A stretch of DNA of 64,000 nt from Raja brachyura (lineage: Eukaryota), in NCBI GenBank assembly GCA_963514005.1, contig OY740788.1, positions 87,420,001 to 87,484,000 of the forward strand, in the 5' to 3' direction. The translations under genes were made by a program, and so were the position numbers. Shown piece by piece: positions 24,750-36,772 of the stretch. Under the pieces are notes generated by a model, which saw nothing but the letters and a program-made list of their open reading frames with translations, did not search any database and was not told the DNA's origin. How positions within the stretch are numbered: position 1 is the stretch's first letter; each line of letters opens with the position of its first letter.

Positions 24750-27003
24750 ACAAAGCAGCAGATAGAGCCCTTCTGCCCAACTTGCCCACACCGGCCAAAA
24801 ATGTCCCAGCTACACTAGTCTCACCTGCATGTGCTTGGTCCATATCCCTCCAAACCTGTCCTATTCATGTACCTGTCTAAATGTTTCTTAAATGATGGGA
24901 TAGTCCCAGCCTCAACTACCTCCTATGGCAGCTTGTTCCATACACCCACCAGCCTCTGTGTGAAAAGGTTACCCCTCGGATTCCTAGTAAATCTTTTCCC
25001 CTTCACCTTGAACCTATGTCCTCTGGTCCTTGATTCACCTACACTGGGGAAGAGACTCTGTGCGTCTACCCAATTTATTCCTCTCATGCTTTTGTACACC
25101 TCTATAAGATCACCCCTCATCCTCCTGCGCTCCAAGGAATAGAGACCTAGCCTAAGAATATAACGCAGGATAGTAAAAGCTTCTTTAGGAATGTGAAGAG
25201 GAAAAAAATCGTTAAGACCAAAGTTGGACCCTTGAAGACCGAAAAAGGTGAATTTATTATGGGGTACAAGGAAATGGCAGATGAGTTGAATAGGTACTTT
25301 GGATCTGTCTTCACTAAGGAGGACAAAAACAATCTTCCTAATATAGTAGTGGCCAGAGGATCTGGGGTGACGAAGGAACTGAAGGAAATCCACATTAGGC
25401 AGGAAATGGTGTTGGGTAGACTGATGGGTCTGGAGGCTGATAAATCCCCAGGGCCTGATGGTCTGCATCCCAGGGTACTTAATGAAGTGGCTCTAGAAAT
25501 CGATAATTTTCCAATGTTCTATAGACTCAGGATCAGTTCCTGTGGATTGGAGGGTGGCTAATGTTATCCCACTTTTTAAGAAAGGCGGGAGAGAGAAAAT
25601 GGGGAATTATAGACCAGTTAGCCTGACATCGGTGGTGGGGAAGATGCTGGAGTCAATTATAAAAGATGAGAGAGCCGCGCATTTGGATAGCAGTAACAGG
25701 ATCGGTCTCAGTCAGCATGGATTTACGAAGGGGAAATCATGCTTGACTAATCTTCTGGAATTTTTGGAAGATGTAACTAGGAAAATGGACAAGGGAGAGC
25801 CAGTGGATGTAGTGTACCTGGACTTTCAGAAAGCATTTGAGGTCTCACATAGGAGATTACTGGGCAAAATTAGGGCAGATGAAGTTTAATGCGGATGAAT
25901 GTGAGGTTATCCACTTTAGTAGCAAAAACAGGAAGGCAGATTACTATCTAAATGGTGTCAAGTTGGGAAAAGGGGAAGTACAACGCGATCTGGGGGTCCT
26001 TGTTCATCAGTCTAAGAAAGTAAGTATGCAGGTACGGCAGGCAGTGAAGAAAGTGAATGGCATGTTGGCCTTTATAACAAGAGGAATCGAATATAGGAGC
26101 AAAGAGGTCACTTCTGCAGTTGTACAGAGTCCTAGTGAGACCACACCTGGAGTATTGTGTGCAGTTTTGGTCCTCTAATTTGAGGAAGGACATTCTTGCT
26201 ATTGAGGGAGCCCAGCGTAGGTTTTCAAGGTTAATTCCCGGGATAGCAGGACTGTCATATGCTGAGAGAATGGAGCAGCTGGGCTTGTACACTCTGGAGT
26301 TTAGAAGGATGAGAGGGAATCTCATTGAAACATATAAGATTGTCAAGGGCTTGGACACACTAAAGGCAGGAAACTTGTTCCCGATGTTGGGGGAGTCCAG
26401 AACCAGGGGCCACAGTTTAAGAATAAGGAGTAAGCCATTTAGATCGGAGACGAGGAAACACTTTTTCTCACAGAGAGTGGTGAGTCTGTGGAATTCTCTG
26501 CCTCAGAGGGCGGTGGAGGCAGGTTTTCTGGATGCTTTCAAGAGAGAGAGCTAGATAGGGCTCTTAAAGATAGCGGAGTCAGGGGATATGGGGAGAAGGC
26601 AGGAACGGGGTACTGATTGGGGATGATCAGCCAAATAGCCTACTCCTGTACCTATTGTCTATTGTCTACTCAATCTCACACCCTCTAGTCCTGGCAACAT
26701 CCTCGTAAATCTTTTCTGAACCCTTTCAAGCTTGACAATATCTTTCCTATAACATGGTGCCCAGAACTGAACACAATATTCTAAATGTGGTCTCACCAAC
26801 GTCTTATACAACTGCAATATGACCTCCTAACTTCTATACTCATACTCTGACTGATGAAGGCCAATGTGCCAAAAGGCTTTTTGACCATCTTGTCAACCCG
26901 CGACTCAACCTTCAAGGAACCGTGCACCCGCATTCCTAGATCCCTCTGCTCTACAACACTCCCCAGAGGCCTACCATTTATTATGTAGGTCCTACCCTTG
27001 TTA
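24750..27003 (-). mobile_element. CR1 (minus, third subfamily) interrupted by a plus-strand CR1 (25153-26667)
   Basis: Minus LGLYSLERRRMRGDLIEVYK...WNKLP. The host breaks at gagacctagcct| and resumes ctactcaatctc at ~26666. Confidence 0.8.
25153..26667 (+). mobile_element. CR1 ORF2 fragment with an internal deletion of the RT core
   Basis: KSPGPDGLHPRVL, NYRPVSLTSVVGK, QHGFTKGKSCLTNL, YLDFQKAF, then a jump at ~25875 directly to MKFNADECEVIHF (PQGS and FADD motifs absent). (ctattgt)n tail. Confidence 0.85.
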
Positions 27004-27310
27004 GATGCAGGAGTCAGGGGATATGGGGAGAAAGCAGGAATGGGGTACTGATTGGGTATGATCAGCCATGATCACATTGAATGACTTCAGATGAAACAAC
27101 TACACAGTAGGAGTACTGAAGACTTGTGCTCCACAAGTAACCATCTCAGCCAAACGATACCAATGCAGTTACAACATTCGAGTCACAATCTAAAAAAATT
27201 GTCCAGTTATTTGCTGCCCACAGGAAAAAACCACATATCCAATCTTGCTAATCCTGGTCCAACCAGTCTCCTTCAAACCTCAAAGTGATGGTTGGTGTTG
27301 TCAACACTTA

Positions 27311-27677
27311 AAGGCCTGTCACACTTGGGCGTTATTTGCATGTCATTTACACAACATAATTTATGCTTCACGACGCACGACGGGACATCATTTACCCGTC
27401 ACGCTCACGTTGTGACGCGCGCATGGCGCGTGGTGAGACGTGGTGGCGTAGGCAATGAGACGCGGTGGCGTAGGCAATGAGACGCGGTGGCGTAGGCAGT
27501 GACGCGCGGTGGCGTAGGCAGTGACGTGCGGTGGCGTAGGCAGTGACGTGTGGTGAGACGTGGTGGCATAGGCAGTGACGCGTGGTGGTGCGCGGCACCC
27601 CAGGATTTTGGGATTCACAAAATCTTCGTTCACCACCTGCATGACGCGTAAATGACGGCCAAGGTGGGACAGGCCCT
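27311..27677. mobile_element. Harbinger-like MITE with an internal ~21-bp GC-rich minisatellite
   Basis: TIR aaggcctgtcacacttgg / ccaaggtgggacaggccct; flanks tta / tca; internal tandem gtgacgcgcggtggcgtaggca at ~27430-27590. Confidence 0.75.
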
Positions 27678-28815
27678 TCACTCACCAGTAACCTGCTCAT
27701 TCATGCCCAGTTTGGATTTTACCAGCACCGCTCGATTCCAGACCTTAGCATGGCCTTGGTCTAATCCTGGACTAATACAATGCATTTTGGAGGTGATGAG
27801 GGAGTGACTACCCTCAACATCAAATACATCACTTGACAAGAGCGTGGTATCAGGGAGTCCGAGTAAAACTAAAATGAGTGATCGCAACAAGAACATACGC
27901 CCGGCGGTGGGAGCCACTGCAGAGGGTTGTGCTGGTTGTTGGCCAATCCCAGCTCCAGGAAGTCCTCAGGACAGTGTCCTGGGCCTGGTTACATTTTTGT
28001 AGCGCCTCCCGCAACCTCACTAATTCCAAGGACCTTTATAGCCAGTAGTCATGTTCTGTGTTGGAACGTAGGGAGAAGCAGTGTCCAGTTTGTGATCCCA
28101 CAAACAACAGTAGGATACAAGAGTTTGTGTTTCTTGGGTGATGTTGGGCTGGGAACTGAAGACAACTCAATCTTCACTGCATGAATTCACTGGAGGGTCA
28201 ACTGAAGAACACATAACAAACAGGAGAACAGGGCTACAGGTCTTCTGTCTTCTCCTCCATTCAATCAGATCAGGGCTGACTAAACCTTGTCCTCCAGTTC
28301 CCCTTTCCTTTCACCATAACCCTCCAATGGCTCGACAGACCAGAAATCTGATCATAAATATATTAATACAACTTCTGCGTAAAAAAACTCCAGATTTACA
28401 GACCTCATAGAATAAATTCCTCCGCACTTCAGTATTAAATGACGGGAAACACCCTCACAAGCCACTTAACAAGTTTACATCTTTCAAATAGGATACAATG
28501 CCCTACCTGGTGAACTTTCTCTGAACTCCCCCCCGATGCAAATCCTAAATGAAGAAACCAAAATTGGACAGAGTACTCCAGGCATGGTTTCACCTTCCCT
28601 GCACAGTCAGGAGGAGATGCAGCCCACTCATCCCCTCAAGCCTGCTCTATCTGCTGACCTTGATTGTACCCGGGCTCCGTTATGACAAAACACAGCCAAG
28701 TGCTGTCTTGACGTCTAGAGCAGTCACTCCCAACTTGCTTCTGGAATTCAGCTCATTAGTCCAGGATTGGACCAATGCTGTGATGAGATCCGGAGCTGAA
28801 TGATGCGAGTTAAAT

Positions 28816-29405
28816 CCGTCGGGACATCAACCGCCTCGACTTCTCCACTCCCCTGTCTCACTCCAATCTCCCCCCCCCCCGAACGTACTGGCATCGACTC
28901 ACTCCGTACAACCCAGACTGGGTTATCAAACCCGCCGACAAGGGAGGTGCCGTGGTAGTCTGGCGCGTCGATCTCTACAAAGCGGAGGCCACGCGCCAAC
29001 TCTCGGACACCTCCCCCTACTTACCCCTGGACCATGACCCCACTGACGAGCACCAGGCCACCATCTCGAGCACCATAACTGACTTCATCAACTCCGGCTC
29101 CCTACCCCCCCGAGCCTCCAACCTCATCGTTTCCCAGCCCCGCACAGCCCGATTTTACCTTCTCCCCAAAATCCACAAACCCGACTGCCCCGGCAGACCC
29201 ATTGTCTCTGCCTGTTCGTGCCCCACCGAACACATCTCCACATACCCTGACTCCATCCTATCCCCCTTTGTTAAATCCCTCCCCACCTATGTTAAAATAA
29301 AAAATAAAGAGTCTGAAGAAGGGTTTCGGCCCGAAACGTCGCCTATCTCCTTCGCTCCTTAGATGCTGCTGCACCCGCTGAGTTTCTCCAGCCTTTTGTG
29401 TACCC
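28816..29405 (+). mobile_element. Penelope-like RT fragment joined to a pLTR short repeat
   Basis: KPADKGG, FYLLPKIHKPDCPGRPIVSACSCPTE; near-identical to 31974-32456. Followed by the hammerhead-containing repeat at 29311. Confidence 0.85.
29313..29340 (+). ncRNA. Minimal type-I hammerhead ribozyme motif (Penelope pLTR)
   Basis: CUGAAGA-A-GGGU(UUCG)GCCC-GAAA-CGUC: conserved core, stem II with tetraloop, palindromic ACGU minimal stem III, GUC cleavage triplet. Stem I pairing is weak. Confidence 0.6.
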
Positions 29406-29485
29406 TAGTTAAATCCAAGCTGGGCGTGGATGAGTAGGTTACAGTTAGGTAAGCACAACCTGATAGTATTGTCGACCACACAATC

Positions 29486-29770
29486 AGGGTGGCACAGTGG
29501 CGGAGTTGATGCCTCACAGCACCAGAGACCCGGGTTTGATCCTGACCTCGGGTGCTGTCTGTATGGAGTTTGTATGTTCTCCCTGTGACCACGTGGGTTT
29601 TCTCCGGGTGCTCTGGTTTCCCCTCATATGTCAAAGACGTCCATGTTTCTAGTTTAATTAGCTACTGTCAATTGTCCTTAGTATTTAAGATAAAGCTAAT
29701 GTACAGGTGAGGACTGGGTGGTCGATGGGCTGGCTTCCACGTTGTATCTGTAAACTAAACTAAACTGAAC
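29486..29770 (+). mobile_element. V-SINE
   Basis: ggtggcacagtggcggagttgatgcctcacagc...ccgggtttgatcc head, V-core, and (taaac)n tail. Confidence 0.8.
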
Positions 29771-30550
29771 ACATCACTGCTGGTGCTCTGTCATTTGACA
29801 AGTTGACGGCTAATCTGATTGAACCATATTGTTGCCCTCCATCCCTTTACAATAGCAGCTCAATCTGTGTCAGACATTTGCAGGATGCGAACATTGTTGG
29901 CAATGCCAGCATTCATTGTCCATCTCTAACTATCCACAAAGTGAGGAGAAAGTTCCTGGTCAATGCCAATGGCGGGTTAGAAATCCAAAGGCAGATCTCC
30001 TTCCCTGAACCAGATGGATTTTTAACCAAAAAAAAAAAAAACCCAATAGTTTCATGGTTACCACAACAGAGCTGCTTTTATTTTTAACTCCAGATTTATT
30101 TAATGGAATTTCAATTCCCCAGCTGCCGTGGTGGGATTTGAAGTCCCAGTAAAGATCACAGGTCCAGAAGTCTGAGTGCTGGGCCAGGGACTTAACCACA
30201 CACAGCAGGCACACAGAACATGGACATCAAGGGGGAAACGCCATTCTCTTAACACACAGTGTCCATTCTTGCTTCCCACTTCCCTTCACTCCCAAATCTT
30301 TACTCCTTCGATCAGGCCCTTGAATCCCACGCTGTGCTTGTCTGAAGAACTGCAGCCCTTTCCACACAACACCCTTGCCCTGCTGTTTGTCTCTCCCACT
30401 CCCTCCCTCCCTGACTTGCACACAACTCTTTGGGCTCACTAGAAGTCTTGATCAAAGTTCACCAGATAGAAAGCTGAACTCTGCTGCATGGTTCTGCCAC
30501 AGATCCGCCAGTAATTCCACAAACTCGCAAGTTAGTTTGTCTTTGGGGGG

Positions 30551-30846
30551 NNNNNNNNNNNNNNNNNNNNNNNNNNNNNNNNNNNNNNNNNNNNNNNNNN
30601 NNNNNNNNNNNNNNNNNNNNNNNNNNNNNNNNNNNNNNNNNNNNNNNNNNNNNNNNNNNNNNNNNNNNNNNNNNNNNNNNNNNNNNNNNNNNNNNNNNNN
30701 NNNNNNNNNNNNNNNNNNNNNNNNNNNNNNNNNNNNNNNNNNNNNNNNNNNNNNNNNNNNNNNNNNNNNNNNNNNNNNNNNNNNNNNNNNNNNNNNNNNN
30801 NNNNNNNNNNNNNNNNNNNNNNNNNNNNNNNNNNNNNNNNNNNNNN
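30551..30846. other. Assembly gap (N run); further gaps at 31213-31519 and 50914-51270
   Basis: Runs of n in the sequence. Confidence 1.
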
Positions 30847-30856
30847 GTTCACTCAC

Positions 30857-30899
30857 CGCCCGCAGGCTGCGAGACACCGGAGACAGCGGTCTGGCCCAT
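30857..30899 (-). CDS. PHACTR2: Candidate first coding exon of a PHACTR-family gene (phosphatase and actin regulator), MGQTAVSGVSQPAG + phase 1
   Basis: Minus strand gagagaATGG (strong Kozak)...GGC G|GTGAGT canonical donor, in a CpG-rich non-repeat patch. The peptide resembles the human PHACTR2 N-terminus as I recall it (MGQTSVSTLSPQPGSV), also a phase-1 first exon. Only 14 aa, so paralog identity is tentative. Confidence 0.55.
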
Positions 30900-31750
30900 T
30901 CTCTCCCCGCAGCGACTCCGACTCTCCACCGCTCTCGCATCCAGCCAACTCCTCCCAAAGTGTTCTGGTTCTGGACTCGTCGCTGGCGGCTCCTGCCTCT
31001 GCCCGCTTCTCTCCCTCCCTCTCCCTCCCTCTCCCTCTCTCTCCCTCCCTCTCTTTTCCTCCCTCTTTCTCTTTTTGTATCTTTCTTTTCTTTTCCTTGT
31101 CTTTCTTTTATTTACACTTACTCTCACTCACTCTCTCACTCACTCATTCTCTCTCTCACACTCACACACACACTCTCTCTCTCTCACACACACTCACTCA
31201 CACACTCCCTCTNNNNNNNNNNNNNNNNNNNNNNNNNNNNNNNNNNNNNNNNNNNNNNNNNNNNNNNNNNNNNNNNNNNNNNNNNNNNNNNNNNNNNNNN
31301 NNNNNNNNNNNNNNNNNNNNNNNNNNNNNNNNNNNNNNNNNNNNNNNNNNNNNNNNNNNNNNNNNNNNNNNNNNNNNNNNNNNNNNNNNNNNNNNNNNNN
31401 NNNNNNNNNNNNNNNNNNNNNNNNNNNNNNNNNNNNNNNNNNNNNNNNNNNNNNNNNNNNNNNNNNNNNNNNNNNNNNNNNNNNNNNNNNNNNNNNNNNN
31501 NNNNNNNNNNNNNNNNNNNTCTCGCCCACCCAGCCAGCACCACTAGTTCCTGCTCCGCTAAAATACTTTTTTATGCAGATTAACTGCAAGGGGTCAGAGT
31601 GCGCGGGGAGGGAGTCCCAGGCTAGTGTACAGTGTAGTGACTTTGTCTCCTGCACCCAGCTGCAGCGCCTTTGTTTCGCACTTTCTTTAAGAAATGAAAG
31701 AAAGTTGAATCCGTTTGACTCCATGGGTTTGGCGAGCTGCGAGGAGGTTG
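30900..31750 (-). promoter_or_regulatory. Putative 5'UTR/promoter of the exon at 30857-30899, with (GA)n/(GT)n tracts
   Basis: CpG-rich unique sequence directly upstream of the ATG, followed by CT/CA microsatellites (31005-31212) and unique sequence beyond the gap. Confidence 0.4.
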
Positions 31751-31864
31751 GGAGGGGGTGATCTTCAGATCAGCCAGGAACAGGGGCAGGAACGGGGTTG
31801 TCTCATTATTCAAACTGCCTGTTACAATCAAGTGCCACTTCTCAGCAGAGCCACACTCACAGGC

Positions 31865-33592
31865 TGGAGTCCTCGCCCCCCACGGATGATCCCTTGTTCC
31901 ATCTCCAACGTACCCCCTCCTCGTGGACCCCCCCTCGTGGCCCTCCGGCTTTAGAACTCTTTATACAGAACTGCCGTCGGGACATCAACCGCCTCGACTT
32001 CTCCACTCCCCTGTCTCACTCCAATCTCTCCCCCCCCCCCCCCGAACGTACTGCCATCGACTCACTCCGCAACAACCCAGACTGGGTTACCAAACCCGCC
32101 GACAAGGGAGGTGCCTTGGTAGTCTAGCGCGTCGACCTCTACAAAGCGGAGGCCACGCGCCAACTCTCGGACACCTCCTCCTACTTACCCCTGGACCATG
32201 ACCCCACTGACGAGCACCAGGCCACCATCTCGAGCACCATAACCGGCTTCATCAACTCCGGCTCCCTACCCCCCCGAGCCTCCAACCTCATCGTTCCCCA
32301 GCCCCGCACGGCCCGATTTTACCTTCTCCCCAAAATCCACAAACCCGACTGCCCCGGCAGACCCATTGTCTCTGCCTGTTCGTGCCCCACCGAACACATC
32401 TCCACATACCTTGACTCCATCCTATCCCCATTGGTTAAATCCTTCCCACCTATGTTCAAGACACCTCAGACACTCTCCGTCGGCTCCACGCATTCCATTC
32501 TCCAGGCCCCCACCCTCTCATCTTCACCATGGACGTCCAGTCATTATACACCTGCATCCCCCACCAGGATGGTCTCAAAGCCCTCCGGTTCTTCCTCGAC
32601 CAGAGGAGCAACCCATACCCGTCCACTGACACCCTCCTCCGCCTAGCGGAGTTGGTCCTTACCCTCAATAACTTCTCTTTTGACTCCGCCCATTTCCTCC
32701 AAACACAAGGCGTAACTATGGGCACACGCATGGGCCACGGCTACGCTTGCCTCTTTGTCGGGTACGTTGAATAATTCTTGTTCTCGGCGTACCAGGGCCC
32801 CACCCCCGACCTCTACCTCCGTTACATTGACGACTGCTTTCGTGTCACCTCCTGCACCCACACACAACTGACTGACTTCATCCATTTCACCACCAACTTC
32901 CATCCGGCACTCAAATACACTTGGACCATTTCCGACATTTCCCTACCATTCCTTGACCTCACCATCTCTATTGCAGGTGATACACTCCTGACCGACATCC
33001 ACTAGAAACCAACTGACTCCCACAGCTACCTGGACTACTCTTCCTCCCACCCTGCTTCCTGTAAGGACTCCATCCCCTATTCCCAATTCCTCCGTCTACG
33101 CCGCATCTGGTCCCAGGATGAGGTGTTCCACACCAGGTCATCACAAATGTCCTCGTTCTTCAGAGAACAGGGTTTCCCCTCCCCCACTATAGATGAGGCT
33201 CACACCAGGGTCTCCTCCATACCCCGCAACACTGCCCTCTCTCCCCATTCCCCCACTCACAACAAGGGCTGAGTCCCCCTGGTCCTCACCTTTCACCCCA
33301 CCAGCCGGCACATACAACACATAGTCCTCCGCCAGTTTCGCCACCTCCAACGTGACCCCTCCACTCGCCACATCTTCCCATCTCTCCCCCCGTCTGCCTT
33401 CCGCAAAGACCGCTCCCTCCGCAACTCCCTTGTCAATTCTTCCCTTCCCTCCTGCTCCACCCCTTCCCCGGGCACTTTCCCTTGCAACCGCAAGAGATGC
33501 TACACTTGTCCCTTCACCTCCCCCATCCACTCCTTTCAGGGACCCAAGCAGTCACTCCAAGTCCGATAGAGGTTCACCTGCACCTCCTCCAG
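31865..33592 (+). mobile_element. Penelope-like retroelement RT region (pseudogenised)
   Basis: KPADKGG, PKIHKPDCPGRPIVS, TMDVQSLYTCIPH, QTQGVTMGTRMG, YLRYIDD and LPFLD motifs with stops and frameshifts. Truncated just before the GIY-YIG core. Confidence 0.9.
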
Positions 33593-34379
33593 TTTCCTGT
33601 TGTGATGCTGCAAGTAGGAATGTAATTGTTCTGTTTGGGCCATTGGGCAATAAAACGCTGTGTAGCCAGACACAGTTCCCATGCCTTCTTTAGATTCACA
33701 GATAATACCACCGTTGTTGGACAAATAACAAGCAATGATTGACTCATCAGGAGAGTACAGGAGAGATATTAAAAATTCACTTGACTGGTGCCAGAACAAT
33801 AAAGTTATTTTCAATGTAAGCAAGACCAAGGTGCTGGTTGCAGAAACAAGGAACTCCAGTTGCTTTGTTTTTCAAAAGTTTTTTCGCCCAGAGAGTTGTG
33901 AACCTGTGGAATTCGCAGCCACAGAAGGCAGTGGAGGCCAATTCACTGGATGTTTTCAAGAGTGAGTTAGATATAGCTCTTAGGGCTAACGGAATCAAGG
34001 GATATGGGCAGAAGGCAGGAACGGGGATACTGATTTTGGATGATCAGCCATGATCATATTGAATGACGGTGCTGGCTTGAAGGGCCGAATAGTCTACTCC
34101 TGCGCCTCTTTTTTATGTTTCTGTAAAGTACGGCAGTCACACAGTGTTATTGAAAGCCGGGGATGCACAAAGTTGTCTTCATCAATGGGACAATGGTGGA
34201 AAGAGTCAACAGCTTCAATTTCCTGGCCATGCACATCTCTGGAGATCTTTCCTGGGCCCAGCACATCGATGCAGTCATAAAGACGGCTCATCAACCCACT
34301 TCTTTGGACGTTTGAGGAGATTTGTTAAGTTGCCACTATACTGTTAAACTGCAGCGAGCATACTGACTGTTTGGAGGGA

Positions 34380-35600
34380 TGCTGGGGCCCCTGGATGGGA
34401 ATGAGAGAGGAGGCGTAAGGACAGGATACGTTGCAGGAGGAAGTACCGGGCGTGCGGATAGGTTTGGGGGGAAGGGATGAGCAAACCACAGGTGCGTTTC
34501 TACCGAAGATTGGTATAGGACAATGTTGGAGAATATTGTGTTGAATGAAGAGGCTAGGAGAGTGAAATATGAGGACCAAGAGAACTATCGAAGTTCCATC
34601 TGGGAGGAGGGGAAGTGAGAGCAGAACTGAGGGATATAAGCCTCATCCTGAGAGCACATGCAGCAGAGACAGGTCACCTTGCAAGAGGCAGGGTAGGAGG
34701 AGATGCAGTCAAGCTTGCTCTGAAAGTCAATGGGTTGTAGTGGACATCAGTTAATAGTCCGTCCCCTGGGTTAGATGTAGATTGAGAAAGGGGAGATAAG
34801 TGTCAGAGATTGTCCAATTCCAAGTGAATTTGAGGACGGGGGGGAAGCCAGCAACGTTGATGAAAACAAAAGGTTCTGCACGGGTGCAGGAAGCAACCCC
34901 GATGCAGTCGTTGATGTGGCGGAGAAAGAGTTAGGAAATGATCCAGAAAGCATTTGGAACAAGGAGTGTTCATCGTACCCAACTAATAGACAGTCACAGC
35001 TGGGATCCATGCGAGTGCCCATGGCCACACCTTTGGCTTGAAGAAAACAAGACTAGTTAAGTGTAGAGGGTGAGGACAAGGTCGGCCAAGTGGAGTATAA
35101 GGGTGGCTGAGAGGAACTGGTTGCTTCTCTGTTCAAGGAAGAATTGGGGGCTTCTGAGGTCTCCTGGTAGATGGGAACTCCCATTCTTCCAATCTCGCCT
35201 ACTGTATTTATTGCTCCCGATGTGGCCCCTTCTACTTGGGCAAGGCCAAGTGACAGTAACCATTTCACTGAACACTTGCTCTCTGCCTGCCGATGCCCCT
35301 AGAGCTGCCTGCTAACCATTTTGACTCTCTTTCTCATGTTTCTGTCCTTGGCCTCTGATTACCAGAGTGAGGTCACCGGCAAACTGGTAGAACAGCACTC
35401 CATATTCCGCTTGGTAAGCTTACAACCCAATGGTATGAATAGACACAAAGTGCTGGAGTAACTCATTAAGTGAGGCAACATCTCTGGAGAAAATGGATAG
35501 ATGATGTTTTGAGTTGGAAACCTTCTTGAATTCTCCAATTCCAACTAATTCCCCCCTAGCCCTGTCTTTATCCTTTGCCCCCATCCCACCCCGATGTGCA
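34380..35600 (-). mobile_element. Degenerate Penelope-like fragments (minus ~34380-35195; short plus-strand 3' piece ~35195-35440)
   Basis: MAMGTRMDPSCDCLLVGY (34771-35028) and FFLEQRSNQFLSATLILHLADLVLTL match the copy at 31865-33592. Confidence 0.65.
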
Positions 35601-35828
35601 CAGATTTATCTTACCATGTACCACAACCCGAGTCACTGTTCTCCTTTCCCATTCTTCATATGCTCATCTCACATCACGTACCACATTTAGTTTTATCCTC
35701 TCTCTTTTCCCCATCCCCTCTTCCCCCTCACCTGTATCCACCTCTCACTAGCCATGCTTTGTCCCACCCCTGCCTCTTTTCCAGCTTTCACACCCTGCTT
35801 CAATCAGTCTAAATAAAGAACGTGTCCA

Positions 35829-36772
35829 AACATCCCCAAATTTGCAGATGACACCAAGCGGGGGGGTATAGTTAGCTGTGAGGAGGATGCTTGGAGGCTG
35901 CAGGGTGATTTGGATAGGCTGAGTGAATGGGCAGATGCATGGCAGATGCAGTATAATGTGGATAAATGTGAGGTTATCCACTTTGGTGGCAAAAACATGA
36001 GGGTAGACTATTATCTGAATGGTGGCCGATTAGGAAAAGGGGAGATGCAACGAGACCTGGGTGTCATGGTACACCAGTCATTGAAAGTAGGCATGCAGGT
36101 GCAGCAGGCAGTGAAGAAAGCAAATGGTATGTTAGCATTCATAGCGAAAGGATTTGAGTATAGGAGCAGAGAGGTTCTACTGCAGTTGTACAGGGTTTTG
36201 GTGAGGCCACACCTGGAGTATTGTGTACAGTTTTGGTCTCCAAATCTGAGGAAAGACATCCTTGCCATAGAGGGGGTACAGAGAAGATTCACCGGACTGA
36301 TTCCTGGGATGTCAGGACTTTCATATGAGGAAAGACTGGATAGACTCGGCTTGTACTCACTGGAATTTAGAAGATTGAGGGGGGATCTTATAGAAACTTA
36401 CAAAATTCTTAAGGGGTTGGATAAGCTAGATGCTGGAAGATTGTTCCCGATGTTGGGGGAGTCCAGAACAAGGGGTCACAGTCTAAGGATAAGGGGGAAT
36501 TCCTTTAGGACCGAGATGAGGAAAACATTCTTTACACAGAGAGTGGTGAGTCTCTGGAATTCTCTGCCACAGAAGGTAGTTGAGGCCAGTTCATTGGATA
36601 TATTTAAGAGGGTGTTAGATGTGGCCCTTGTGGCTAAAGGGATCAGGGGGTATGGAGAGAAGGCAGGTACGGGATACTGAGTTGGATGATTAGCCATGAT
36701 CACATTGAATGGCGGTGCAGGCTCGAAGGGCCGAATGGCCTACTCCTGCACCTATTTTTCTATGTTTCTATG
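35829..36772 (+). mobile_element. CR1-A 3' ~940 bp, open frame retained
   Basis: KFADDTK, then ORF 35910-36680 uninterrupted through the C-terminus; tttctatg tail. Confidence 0.92.

Noticed and set aside
27388-27700. Repetitive ORFs (TAYATARH)n
   Set aside because: Translation of the MITE minisatellite.
30375-31761. Long ORFs of 106-402 aa
   Set aside because: Artefacts of translating through N gaps and CT/CA microsatellites.
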